A stretch of DNA of 64,000 nt, taken from contig NC_087245.1 of NCBI RefSeq assembly GCF_037042905.1, positions 25,298,001-25,362,000 on the forward strand, read 5' to 3'. The notes under the pieces were generated by a model, which was given only the letters and a program-made list of their open reading frames with translations, was not told the DNA's origin and did not search any database. Positions within the stretch are counted from its first letter, which is position 1. Each line of letters starts with the position of its first letter. The DNA is from Lytechinus pictus (taxonomy: Eukaryota). Both the position numbers and the translations under genes were made by a program. Below, in pieces: positions 11,976 through 23,108 of the stretch.

Positions 11976-14540
11976 CCCTACATTTACCTATGGTATTATG
12001 AGAAAAAAAATAAGATAAAATGATTATGTCTCAGTATAAAATTATCTTGAGAGAAATGAGATTATAATTCAAAACATAAATAAAGAAAACAAGTTTTTGA
12101 TGTTTCACAAATTTACTGACCATTTTTTTTCTAGACATTCTGTAGTCATTGAAATTTGAACTTTTACCTAATTTACTTGCCTTGTCCTGAGTTTTGCAAG
12201 ATACAGGGTATAATCTTTATTTCTTTTCATTTCTTATGAACATGAATGTACTTAGCATCACGTTGTCCCTCTTACAAGTTGTTTGCGGTAGTGATACATG
12301 GAGATGATTCAGTCCTGTATACATGTTTCTCATTTGCTGTGGTATACCACAAGAAATTCAACGGCAAATTACACATATCCCATACCATTGCCAACTAATG
12401 ACACACACACAGAGTTTTTAAAGGGTATAGCGCTTTTCAACAAATGGCAGACAACTCTTTCTGAAGATTTCTGTATGTATTTACATTTACTCTGTGAGGT
12501 AAGGTATAAAAGGGGTTGGGGGCATGTTTACACAAATGGAAAACATCTCAGTCACTTGAAACTAAATGTCACTATTGCTGAAATATTACTCTCATAATTT
12601 TGTTTTTTATTAATGAGGGTATTATTGTTGAAATTATATAAATACTAAATTGATCTTTATTCTTATTGTGTGTGTGACAATTTTGGATGCCTTCAACCTC
12701 CCCTGACCAAAAAAAAAGAAATAAAGAAAGAAAAAAAAGAAACAATTTCACACCATACTATGTATTTTTCCCATAACTATCACCAAACACAGGGAACTGT
12801 ATAGCCTTTATCAGGATTTTAAAATCTTGTAATATCATATCATTTGGGAAATTTTAGTTGATAAACTACGGTTCTTTAACGAGAGCCTACTCTATTGACA
12901 CTTCATTCCAGGAAGCTATTTTGAGTTAACTTGTTACACGCCGGTCCTGAGGGGGGCATAAGAGCACCCATGATTCACCAAACTTCACCCCGCTGACCTA
13001 CCTGTGAATAGGATAGGGTTCCCTTTACAAGCACCCATTTCAGACAAGAGAGAACTTGAAGAGATCTCAAATATTGTACTCATTGTATAGTAATAGAGTT
13101 TGTAGATTTGTGTTAATGAACCTAATTTGGTTTGAGTAATAACCTCATGCCATTGATGTAAATTGAAGTGGGGTATAGGAAGATGCATGGGATGGGGGCA
13201 GGGATGTTGGGTGGTGGAGGGGGGGGGGGTGATTCTTTCAGAATTTCACACTTACATCTACCTGTGATTTGAATAAAAAAACCGTGTTTTTTTTTTTGGG
13301 GGGGGGGCGGGCGTTGAAGTTGATATGGGACTTCCGTGGCAAGTTCTTTAAATTTTTCAGATTTAAAATGGTAATGTGTATTGCATAAAAAAAGAGATTC
13401 ACACTTTGCCTCAGTAGTAGTCTTCGAACATTCTGACAACATTAATGCATGAGACCCTAATTCTTATTTTTCTGAATTGTTTCTGGATGTGATAGTTTTT
13501 TTTCTGGTTGTAATGTACATTTAAATCATTGTCATTTAAGAAAAAAAGCATTAATCTCTGGTCAAAAGGTCACCATTTAAAGAAAGCAATAACTCACAGA
13601 GATGCAAATCGGCTTACATTAGGCATTGCAGCATGGGCTGATTGAACCAAAGACATACATGGAGATTACAATCCCGAGGAGGTAGACGTGATCATGAATA
13701 ATGTGCAACGTACCCTAGGTGAACCTCGTGTATGTTTTCTATACACCTGTGATTTTGGTATTCACTATGTCTGAAAATATTGCCATAAGTAATCCTTTTT
13801 CCTGAATCAGATTACAACTCTGACACCCCGGTGGGATAGAGAAGCCTTAATGCAAAGCTAACCAATCTCTCTCAGGATATACCAGTATATTTATAGGTTA
13901 TCAAGGAAATATCTTTACTCCCCAAAAGTCCTAATGTTTATTTTTCAATTATGTTATAAAAAAAAAGAAAAGAAAAGCAAGCTGTAAATATTTTACTGGC
14001 ATTTATTTCAAGTTTTGCTGTTAAGACCTGCTGGTTTATAATTTGATTTGTCATTTAGTAAAGATCTGAAATTGAATTGGAAAATGTCTCACCTGGATAT
14101 TTTAAACATTGGATATTTCAAAAGCCTTGGGTAGACAGACTGAAAAAGGTGTAACATGAAAATATTCATTTTATTTGTAAATTTGGGAGAACAGCAGGTA
14201 CAGGTCTCTTCTAACATGACATGATATTAGACCTTGTCGAATTTCTCGAGAGATTCTTTAATGGCCTGTACGTTTCAAACTGGTCATGCCTTGTCGCAGA
14301 TTTAATAGGCTTAGCAGGTCATTAGCACCTTGGGGGCCATGTGGTAGAGAAAGGGGAAGAGATTGGCACCCTTTACACATCAGGTGTTGAAGATATATAA
14401 AGTCTTTACGATTCATTAATGTCCACCTCTAATAGGATGAGTGTGCAGAATGGTAATCTTAAAATGGGATAATTCTGTTTCCCAAATTGAAGAGAAAATG
14501 ATGATTTAACTGGAGATACTATATGTCGTAACCATTTTCC

Positions 14541-14817
14541 TACAAGTCCTCGGGTATTAAACAATCATTACATGTGGCTTAAAATGTACAAAAGACAATT
14601 ATATTATTTACAAGCAGTAAATAACTGTATAAAATTGTCCTACAAGTCATCAGGTATAAAACAATCATTTACATGTGGCTTAAAATGTACAAAAGATAAT
14701 TTGCAAGCAGAAAATAACTGTACAAGTCATCGGGTATTAAACAATCATTACATGTGGCTTAAAATGTACAAAAGACAATTATATTATTCACAAGCAGAAA
14801 ATAACTTTGTAAAATTT
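14541..14817. repeat. Tandem repeat, three units of 80-100 bp
   Basis: TACAAGTC.TC.GGTAT.AAACAATCATT(T)ACATGTGGCTTAAAATGTACAAAAGA starts at 14541, 14641 and 14721. Confidence 0.92.
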
Positions 14818-16198
14818 ACTTGTTGGATTTTGAGTTCTAAGGGGAATTAAAAAGTCTTGCTGGTGAAATTGAAATAGCCATTATATAGAGCCAATGTTCA
14901 AAGATTGGATATTAGCTCACATGTTTCACTGTAAAACACAAGACTCAATTTCCAAATACCATTTTCAAGTGTCAATATGGATTTTAATAAAATTCATATG
15001 CAAACTGATGTCTTTAATGACTTTAATACAGTGACCATATAGTTCTTTTAGCCATGTGTACAGCAGGGAAATGGGAGTGAGAGAGCCGATGACTCCATTT
15101 TTACTGCCTTTCCCAGTAGCAAATACTTTAGAATAGATTGAATCATAATATTGAGAGATTGAATTTGAGAAGTAATAACTTCTACCATGTCTTATCAGAT
15201 AAATTCAGTGGGTGGTTTGGGTGTAGAGGTCAGAGGGTCATAGTTGGATGGATATATGCTTTATCATTTAACCTGAACTTAGTGAGGGTTAAAAATGCCA
15301 ACTTGAATTTTATGAATGTAGTCACTCTTCTAGAAAGGCATTTCTACAGTTTCAGCATTTTTGTTGCAATTTTGCTGTAAGGCATTTTATCACATGAACA
15401 TAATTGAATACTACATATCATATCCCATTTTTTGAGAAATGGCATTTTCCTTTATCGGTGGGTTTCAGGAAATATTGGTTGATATGAACTCCCAGTAGGA
15501 TAGATGTGGGTGTTTTGGGGGAAATGTTGCGTGGATACATCGTGAAGTAACTGGAATCAGCAATAAAGCGAATACCTTTCTTGAATTGACTGTGCAGCAA
15601 TGTGGGTGAATAACAATTCTGCATGAATGAAGAAAAATAAAGTTAGACATTGCTTTAGTATAATTATTGCAATTATATACTGAGAGTGTACTGGGATTTT
15701 TCAACTAAGTTTTAGTCGGTCTGTTCCAAGAGAATGAACAAACCAAATCTAGAATGGAAGTATACCAGCCCCCCCCCAAAAAAAAAAAAAAAAAAATTAT
15801 TACAAATTTCATCAGTCAAATTGATGTAGGGCAGGATTGCTTATAAGTCATGTTCACAGATTATTGATTGGCTATCATAAATAATTTGGACTGAGGAACC
15901 AATATAAGCAATATAATAACAAAGAACAAATATGAGCAATATAATAATGAGAATCACATGACTTAAATATATTTGTATGTAAATGTTGATTATATGGGAT
16001 CACCCCTTCCCCTTTCCCCTCAACACCACCGTTATCTCTGTCCCTCAGCGTAGAGAAAGTTCAAGTAATGTTTCACCCCTCTAATGAAATGTTTCCTTCT
16101 GTGAGACAAGGTCATTCCCATTATGACCAGAGGGGTGTCAATCCCACTGAAACTCAGGGGACAATAGGATGTGTAAATAGTAAACACAGCTCACAGGG

Positions 16199-19084
16199 CA
16201 CGTACGTGCATAGCGCCAACTTAATGTGTTCCGCCATCTTGCTTGTTGGTTGCCGATAAAATGCGCATTTTCAGATCTTTTAACGCTCAGTTATTATCCA
16301 TGACTGAAACATTGACCAATCAAAAACTAGGATTCTACAAGAAATATGAATATTCATATACGAAAGTATAAACATAGATAATTCAGTTTTATGTGAAATT
16401 TAAACCCAATACTTCAAAATATGGTTAGTTTTATGTCTCTAAAATGACCCTTAAAACCAGAATTTTATTAGTAAAAAATAAAGGTTTTCCCAAGTTGCCA
16501 TGGTAACGCGGTCTGAGATATAAAAGCTTAGCAAACACTTCATTTCAGTGATCGAGGATGTATTTGTTTACGGTATACGTCTACATAAATTATAACATTT
16601 TTTTCCAGACCATGGATGAACTTTCAAAAAGAGACATTTTAGGCAAGTTTTTACGATTTCCGGCAATTTTCTGACACAGGCACTTTGAAGAGGTAATTTT
16701 TACAGAATTAGAAGAAGACATCATGGATTTTCCTAATTATCACGACGGATATGCAACTTACTTGTAAACAAATCAAACAAAGTCTATGATACATTTTCGA
16801 TAGTGCAAAAAGAGACATTCAAGTCTCTGATTGAGAGCCGCAGATTGAACATTCGCACGGCGCAATGGTAGCGTTTTCGCCGAATTCGTCGGGGCGAAAA
16901 CTCCAAGAGAGCCGTACCACTCACCAGTCCCGAACGCTGCGCTGTATGTTTGATGATTTATCTGGTGCCATTTCGTGCTTATAAATTTGTTTTTTCTACA
17001 ATGCCACTATCTCATTAAAATTGTTTGTCATGATAACATTGGAAATATTATCGTTTAATGGCCCAAAGGATCGACTGTAATAAAAGATACTTTGAAATAT
17101 TGTCAGAGAGTGATTAGTTAGGTGATGTTTATGGTCAGAATTTAGTCATGGCTTCGGGTGAACTTACGCGAACGCGGTCACTTGCTCACGGGGCGAGTCG
17201 GCCTGGCCCTTTGGTGGAAGGCCGTTAGGCAACGTGCAGTGCAGCTAGAGCAGAGTTGGGGAGTTATAGGTATAAAAATACTTTGAAATAAGTAATCTGC
17301 AAATATTTTTGTCTTATCCCTTTGGATTACTTAGATAAGAAATTCAAATTCTCAAAGTTTAAATCAAATTTTAGACAGTGACAACAAAGAGTGGTGCTGT
17401 ATGGGGGGGGGGTGGGTCCCCAATTCACGAACAAGAAAAAAAAGGAAAAGGTAAGAGAATCTTGCGAAATTGTTCAATTGGATTTTTGTAACCAAAAGTC
17501 AAAATTATGCTTATGTCGCTTGCTTGCAACTATATATTTTATAAATTTTGCCTGATACGCCATATCGTAGTACCCTCAATTATTTTCACTTGTTACGCCA
17601 CTGACATGACTGATATAACATCTACATGTACTAGTTTATGATAACATTATTTGGTTGCGGGATCAAAGCATCAGCTATATAGCTAAACATTTATACTTTA
17701 TGCCTGTTCAACTTCCAATACAGGTTTAGGCCTGTATTTATGAGATGTTAAGATCTGTGGGTGCCTTTATTATTTTCATTTTCAATTAAAACAATTATTA
17801 ATTATGTATTAATTTAGTATTAACCTCGATGATACATTTTATTGTATTAAATCGTACAATTTCTGTTGTATTAAGCCCCTTATTAAGCCCTTTTAAAAAC
17901 ATGCTCAGTAGCAGACCCCCCCCCCCATATATAAAGACAATAGAAGTGTATATAGAATTAATTGAACCCCCCCCCCTTATTGAGGACAAAATGAAAAAAA
18001 AAATACTCAAAATAATCGACCGCCCCCCCCCCCCCTTTGACGAGGCAGCTGTCGGTGGCCTGATGTCTTCATTGACTTCTTTTTGCTTGTAAAAATAATA
18101 TTAAAGAAATAGGGGCTACTCTAAGTGTCCCCTGTGAAAATTTATTTGGATCTGCAAGTGCATGAGGCTGCGCCCCCTCCAACGTCATAGCTACCCCATA
18201 TCTTTAGGTTCTAGCTCTCATATTTTTCAGCTCCCTGGTTTTTTGGAAGAAAAAAAAACGAGGCGAAAGAAAAGAGTGAAATAAATGAAATACGATTAAT
18301 CAAAATTTGAGTTGTTTGAAAGAATTATACTTATCAGAGAAACTAAATTAAATTCTACAACCATGAAGAATAACAGCAATCTTGATAAATTCTTTTTTTT
18401 TTTCAAAATCAGAACCAATCAACCTTTTTCTGATTATTCTGTCACTTTCCATATTTTGGAGAAAAAAATAAAAGTGTTCATCGACGCCCTGTACTGCATG
18501 ATGAAACTGTATCCCCACTCGGCCCTCGTAACCCGGCCCCCCCCCCCCCTCTCCCTCTCCCCCTCCCCCACCACAATGCCCCTTGCTCATTTCTCTTATC
18601 TCACCTTGACCTTAATTAATTAATCTTAACTATTTGGCGGTACAGTCAAACGTGACTGGTCGCCATCATAGTTTCATCCCCAACAAACAAGGAACAAACA
18701 ATAACAATTCTGTTTTTCGACCCAACATCATTCCTTTCAATGCGCGTAAGGCTATACGTGGGCATGCACAAACAACGTGGGTTAACAAAAACTGACCCGC
18801 GTTTGGACTAAAATTGTGATTAAAATAAAAATGTTATAAATATGAAAAAAATATGTGTATAATGAAGGATATCTGATAAACGGAAAAACATCAATCGCTA
18901 ATTCATAAAAATGCTGGAAAAGATATGACAGAGGTTTTTAACAACGGTAATCAAGGGGAATTAGTGTATGGGTGAATGGCGTTCGAGCTTTAGCCGGAGA
19001 GGGCGCGGGCCAAATCTGCCTGAATCTGGCAATATGGCGTCGTCCATTAAGCTGACGTTAGCCAGCGGCGACTGCACGTACGTG
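16199..19084. mobile_element. 2.9-kb non-autonomous CAC...GTG DNA transposon with 4-bp TSD (CMC/Chapaev-like; RAG-like end architecture)
   Basis: AGGG|CACGTACGTGCA ... TGCACGTACGTG|AGGG. A second inverted block (CTTAATG..CGCCAT.TTGC) is offset by 12 bp between the two ends. No transposase-length ORF. Confidence 0.8.
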
Positions 19085-19489
19085 AGGGAAGTTCTGTTAC
19101 ACAACACAGTCCGGGTTGGTTTCTGAACTGCGTGGTTTCTTTTTACAGGGTGTGCACTATTTCTTCCACTAAACTGTGCAGTGAGTACAGGTTTTATTCA
19201 TGCTTTGTTGGTGTAGGAGTAAACATTGCTGTGAATCTAGTTCAGAGTTTTGAGCTTTCCAGCAGACATACTTCAATCGAATGGACTGGGTTCAGTATAT
19301 TGTGAGGTTGCAAGCTTCTTGAAGTTACAGTTGTCCTCCAGACTTGGCCCTCTGACTGCCGCAAAGTGGTTGATCCACGCTCCTGCCCACTCAAGCTGTC
19401 TGCCAGCTGGCCGGCCCGGTAAATTTGGTTGGATCTTCCTCACAAACGGGTTTTTGTATACATTGGAGTCATATTGTGCATGTGCAGGC

Positions 19490-19750
19490 TGTATAAAAAA
19501 AAAGTGAGTGGAATATCATTGTTGAGTGTAGTAGGTATATATGTACATGCAGATTAGGAATATAAAAGCATTGGGTATATAAAAAAAAAGTGAGTGGAAT
19601 ATTATTGTTGACTGTTGTCTGTAGTAAGTATATATGTACATGCAGAACAGGAATATATAAAGCATTGGGTATATAAAAAAAAGTGAGTGGAATATTATTG
19701 TAGAGTGTAGTAAGTATATAAGCAGAATAAGAATATAAGCATTGGGTATA
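19490..19750. repeat. Tandem repeat, three units of ~85-93 bp
   Basis: TATA(A)nGTGAGTGGAATAT.ATTGT...GTAGTA.GTATATA...AAGCATTGGGTATA, three times. Confidence 0.9.
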
Positions 19751-21389
19751 CTGGAATATGAATATGCATGCATGTGCATGTAGGCCACTTTCAGTTTAAT
19801 ACCAGCTACAGGCTATTCAGCATTCTATTTCTATGCAAGTGACAGATACCGGTTTAGTTATGGGTAGTTGTGATACAAGTGGATATATTTGAAAGCTATT
19901 CAACTATATAATTACCTCACATACTGAAAGGGAAAGTTTATAGTAAGTGCTGAATATTGCAGAATTTTTAGCAAGCTACACTGAATGAAGGGTATTTTTT
20001 CCCCAGCCCAAGATGTCAACATTTTCTGTTATCTTGAATTTTTGCTCCTTGACCTTGTCATGAATAATTTTTTTGTATGCTTATTAAGCCTATACTATAT
20101 GGATAATGATATAGACAAATAATTATATTGGACCTGGTGTTGTCATAAAGGCATAGACCTCGATTCACATACAAAAGCTGTCACTTTCCATTATCTCCTT
20201 TTGTAGTGATTTTCACACAAGATGTTCACCCTAGCTATTAAAGGCAACGTTGAAGTAGCCCTGCACTTAAAATAAAACATAGTAGTGAATACATTTACAT
20301 CTTTGTTCAGGTATGATTTAATACAATTTCTGTATTTGATTTAGTTATTATCCAGTATATACAGTAGGCGGAGAGTACAAAAATTACTATCATTTTGGAA
20401 TAAGAGTGGCATTGTAAAATATGCTTGTCGTAAATGTAGTCATGGATGATGTTGACAAATGATCACATGTAACAAACAGACTGTGTTGTTTTCCAGAAAA
20501 CAGTCATTATACCAACGAGGAGTGAGTACAAAGTATACCTTTGTCAGTCAGTATTCATGACTGAGCTCAGCTCTATATTTCAACCAAGGATTTACCAAGG
20601 TTTAACCACAGGCCTGTGTTACACTGCACTTAGAGTTCATTCTTCATTTACCAAACACAGGCTAGAACTGAAGCCAGCCAATTAAACGTTAATCAGGGGA
20701 TATTTTATGCAAATAGTCAATTATTATTCTGGGTGTAATAGACTAATGTATGCAATTCCAGTGTGCTGGGATTGTTTGCTCAATCTAGAGTAGAAAAAAA
20801 GGGGAAAGAATCACTTCTTCTGTTCCCAGTCATTCCAGTGGAACCAATTATTGCTGCATTCGGCATTATGCAAACTTTGTAAATTTACTGTCTGTCTAAA
20901 GCCAACAAAGATATGACAATGTATACGTGGGGCTGTAAAACGAGATAAAGTAATCTTTTATTTATTTACAGGAGGAGAAAAATTGAAATCGCTCACAAAT
21001 TAAATGTTTTTATTCTAATGCTATAGGCATATATGTCATCAAGTCATAACATTTTATTTGCATTGGAAGTAAATAAATATGAATGGGCTCTGTATAATTG
21101 CAGTGCATTTATTTGTGTATGTACTGTAGACCTTACGCTCTCCTTGTTGAAGTGGGTAAAGTCCCATGCTAAATATAGACATAGTCTGGTAGTAATCATG
21201 TGGTAAAACTCAGTAATAAGTGACTGTATCATATGTATATAAGTCAACATGTATATTTATGAGACTGTGTTGATTCAGGCCTCTTAATTACAATTAGCAT
21301 ATAACAACTGTTTTGAGGAAGTGCAGAGTGACTGTATTTGCAATATGGGTCTAGGGGGTCTAGCCTTAGTATGCCCATGGACCCCAGTT

Positions 21390-21453
21390 GGTGATGTTGT
21401 ATTTCCAAGAACCTTTTCAGAGGTGATGTGGTATTTCCAAGAACCTTTTCAGA
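21390..21453. repeat. 32-bp tandem duplication
   Basis: GGTGATGT.GTATTTCCAAGAACCTTTTCAGA, twice. Confidence 0.9.
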
Positions 21454-22555
21454 CGAGTGGTTTCTACATGTATATGTTACCAACCTTGCTTGTCTTGGTG
21501 CATTAACAGACTGAACTGAGAACATGAAATTGATATGTTGAATCATGAAACAGCGTGAGGATATCAATGGGCCTAACTAATAATTGGGATTTGGGTGTAT
21601 TATTGTGCTGTTGCATGCACATCGCTCAAAAGCTGCGAAAGCTGTTGCAATTGCTGAGCATGCATTGCGATTCCAGCTTGCATACTTGCTGTAATACACA
21701 ATAGTGCGATTGTTATACTCTGAAAAATAAATTCTGCATATTATTTGGATGAGCTGTGCATTTAATTGGAGCACATTGTAGTATAGACACAAGTTGATCC
21801 AGGCACCAGCTATACTGTACGTGTACCTTCCTTAAAAAAATCCTTGATCTGTCCATAGTACCTCAAGATAAGAGAAAACTTCTCTTTTTTTTCAACTGAT
21901 CATGATGTCATTTCTGTACTATGTAGAGGACAAACTTCATGCTAGGCTGTCAAAAACCTGGGGTAGAGCCAGAACTCTGGGATTATCATCAGTTATGTAT
22001 CTTAACATGATATTTTGACTAATTATGCGAGAAGATTGAAGCTGTCATTCATGTATTCGATGCCCTTGTAGTAGTACTGGAACAGATATCGCCTTGAAAA
22101 TCAAGGACCAAGAGGTATAGTATTTTTGTTGTAATTTTATACCCCAAGAAAGATCTAATCTATGTGTATTGTATAATCTGTCAGGTAAACATGAATGATA
22201 TATAATTCATGTAGGCCTAATAATCTGTCATAAAGTGGATTTTCTCCTTGATTTCATTCAAACAAAATGTATTTAAAATGACATGTATGTGCACTGTATG
22301 TGTGTGTAGTTTTATTTTTTAATCTTTTCAGTGAGTCTTCACTAGTATTGCTAAGTGCACTGTTTTTTTTTTGGGGGGGGGGGGGGGGTGGTGAGGGGGA
22401 GTCATACATGTCCATCGCATCATTGCTAGTAGGTCCATGATTGCATTCTTTGCTTCATTTGCTTGTAAACCAGGGTTCCAGGCCAGGGTTATCAGGCTAA
22501 TATTGAGTTTTTACGACCAAACAAATATCTACAAACTCTGCTGCTGCTTCTCTTT

Positions 22556-23108
22556 TACCCTTTTTACACAGGATTTTCTTAACCCCGGACTATCGCTAAC
22601 CCCGTACTATCCTTAACCCCGTACTATTTTTTTTCCTTTTCACACATGCCAAATTGTTATCGCTAACCCCGGATAAGGAATGCTTGCTTTTCACACACGA
22701 AACTCGCTAACCCCGGACTAGTGGTTTTTGTCGATCATTCGTAGTACAAGTACTTCACTCGTACCTTTTTACACACGCTAAAATTTCCTTAACCCCGTAC
22801 TATAGGTGGGGCTAAATTGCCATTTAGCCCCACCTATAGTACGGGGTTAAGCTTAGCCCACTTTCGTTTTACACTAGCGATCTTAACCCCGTACTATCGC
22901 TCTTAGCACCGCAATTGCTGGGATAACCCTGCTTTTTTGCAGGGCCAAATAATCCCGTACTAAAGGTGGGGTTAGCCCACTTTGCAAAAATGCTGTGTAA
23001 AAAGAAAGTGGGCTAAGCTTAACCCCGTACTATAGGTGGGGCTAAATGGCAATTTAGCCCCACCTATAGTACGGGGTTAAGGAAATTTTAGCCTGTGTAA
23101 AAAGGGTA
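22556..23108. mobile_element. PIF/Harbinger-like MITE with reiterated TAACCCCGTACTA motif and internal hairpins
   Basis: TTT|TACCCTTTTTACACAGG ... CCTGTGTAAAAAGGGTA|TTT (alternatively read as a TA TSD). Confidence 0.82.

Noticed and set aside
12298..12597. ORF with GAG|GTAAGG donor as an alternative first exon
   Set aside because: The donor is phase 0 in this ORF, incompatible with the phase-2 acceptor at 41754. The phase-2 frame has no ATG before a stop.
16199..19084. Calling the element a true RAG/Transib transposon
   Set aside because: The TSD is 4 bp (the 5-bp flanks CAGGG and AGGGA do not match) and no RAG1L/RAG2L coding sequence is visible. Only the end architecture is similar.
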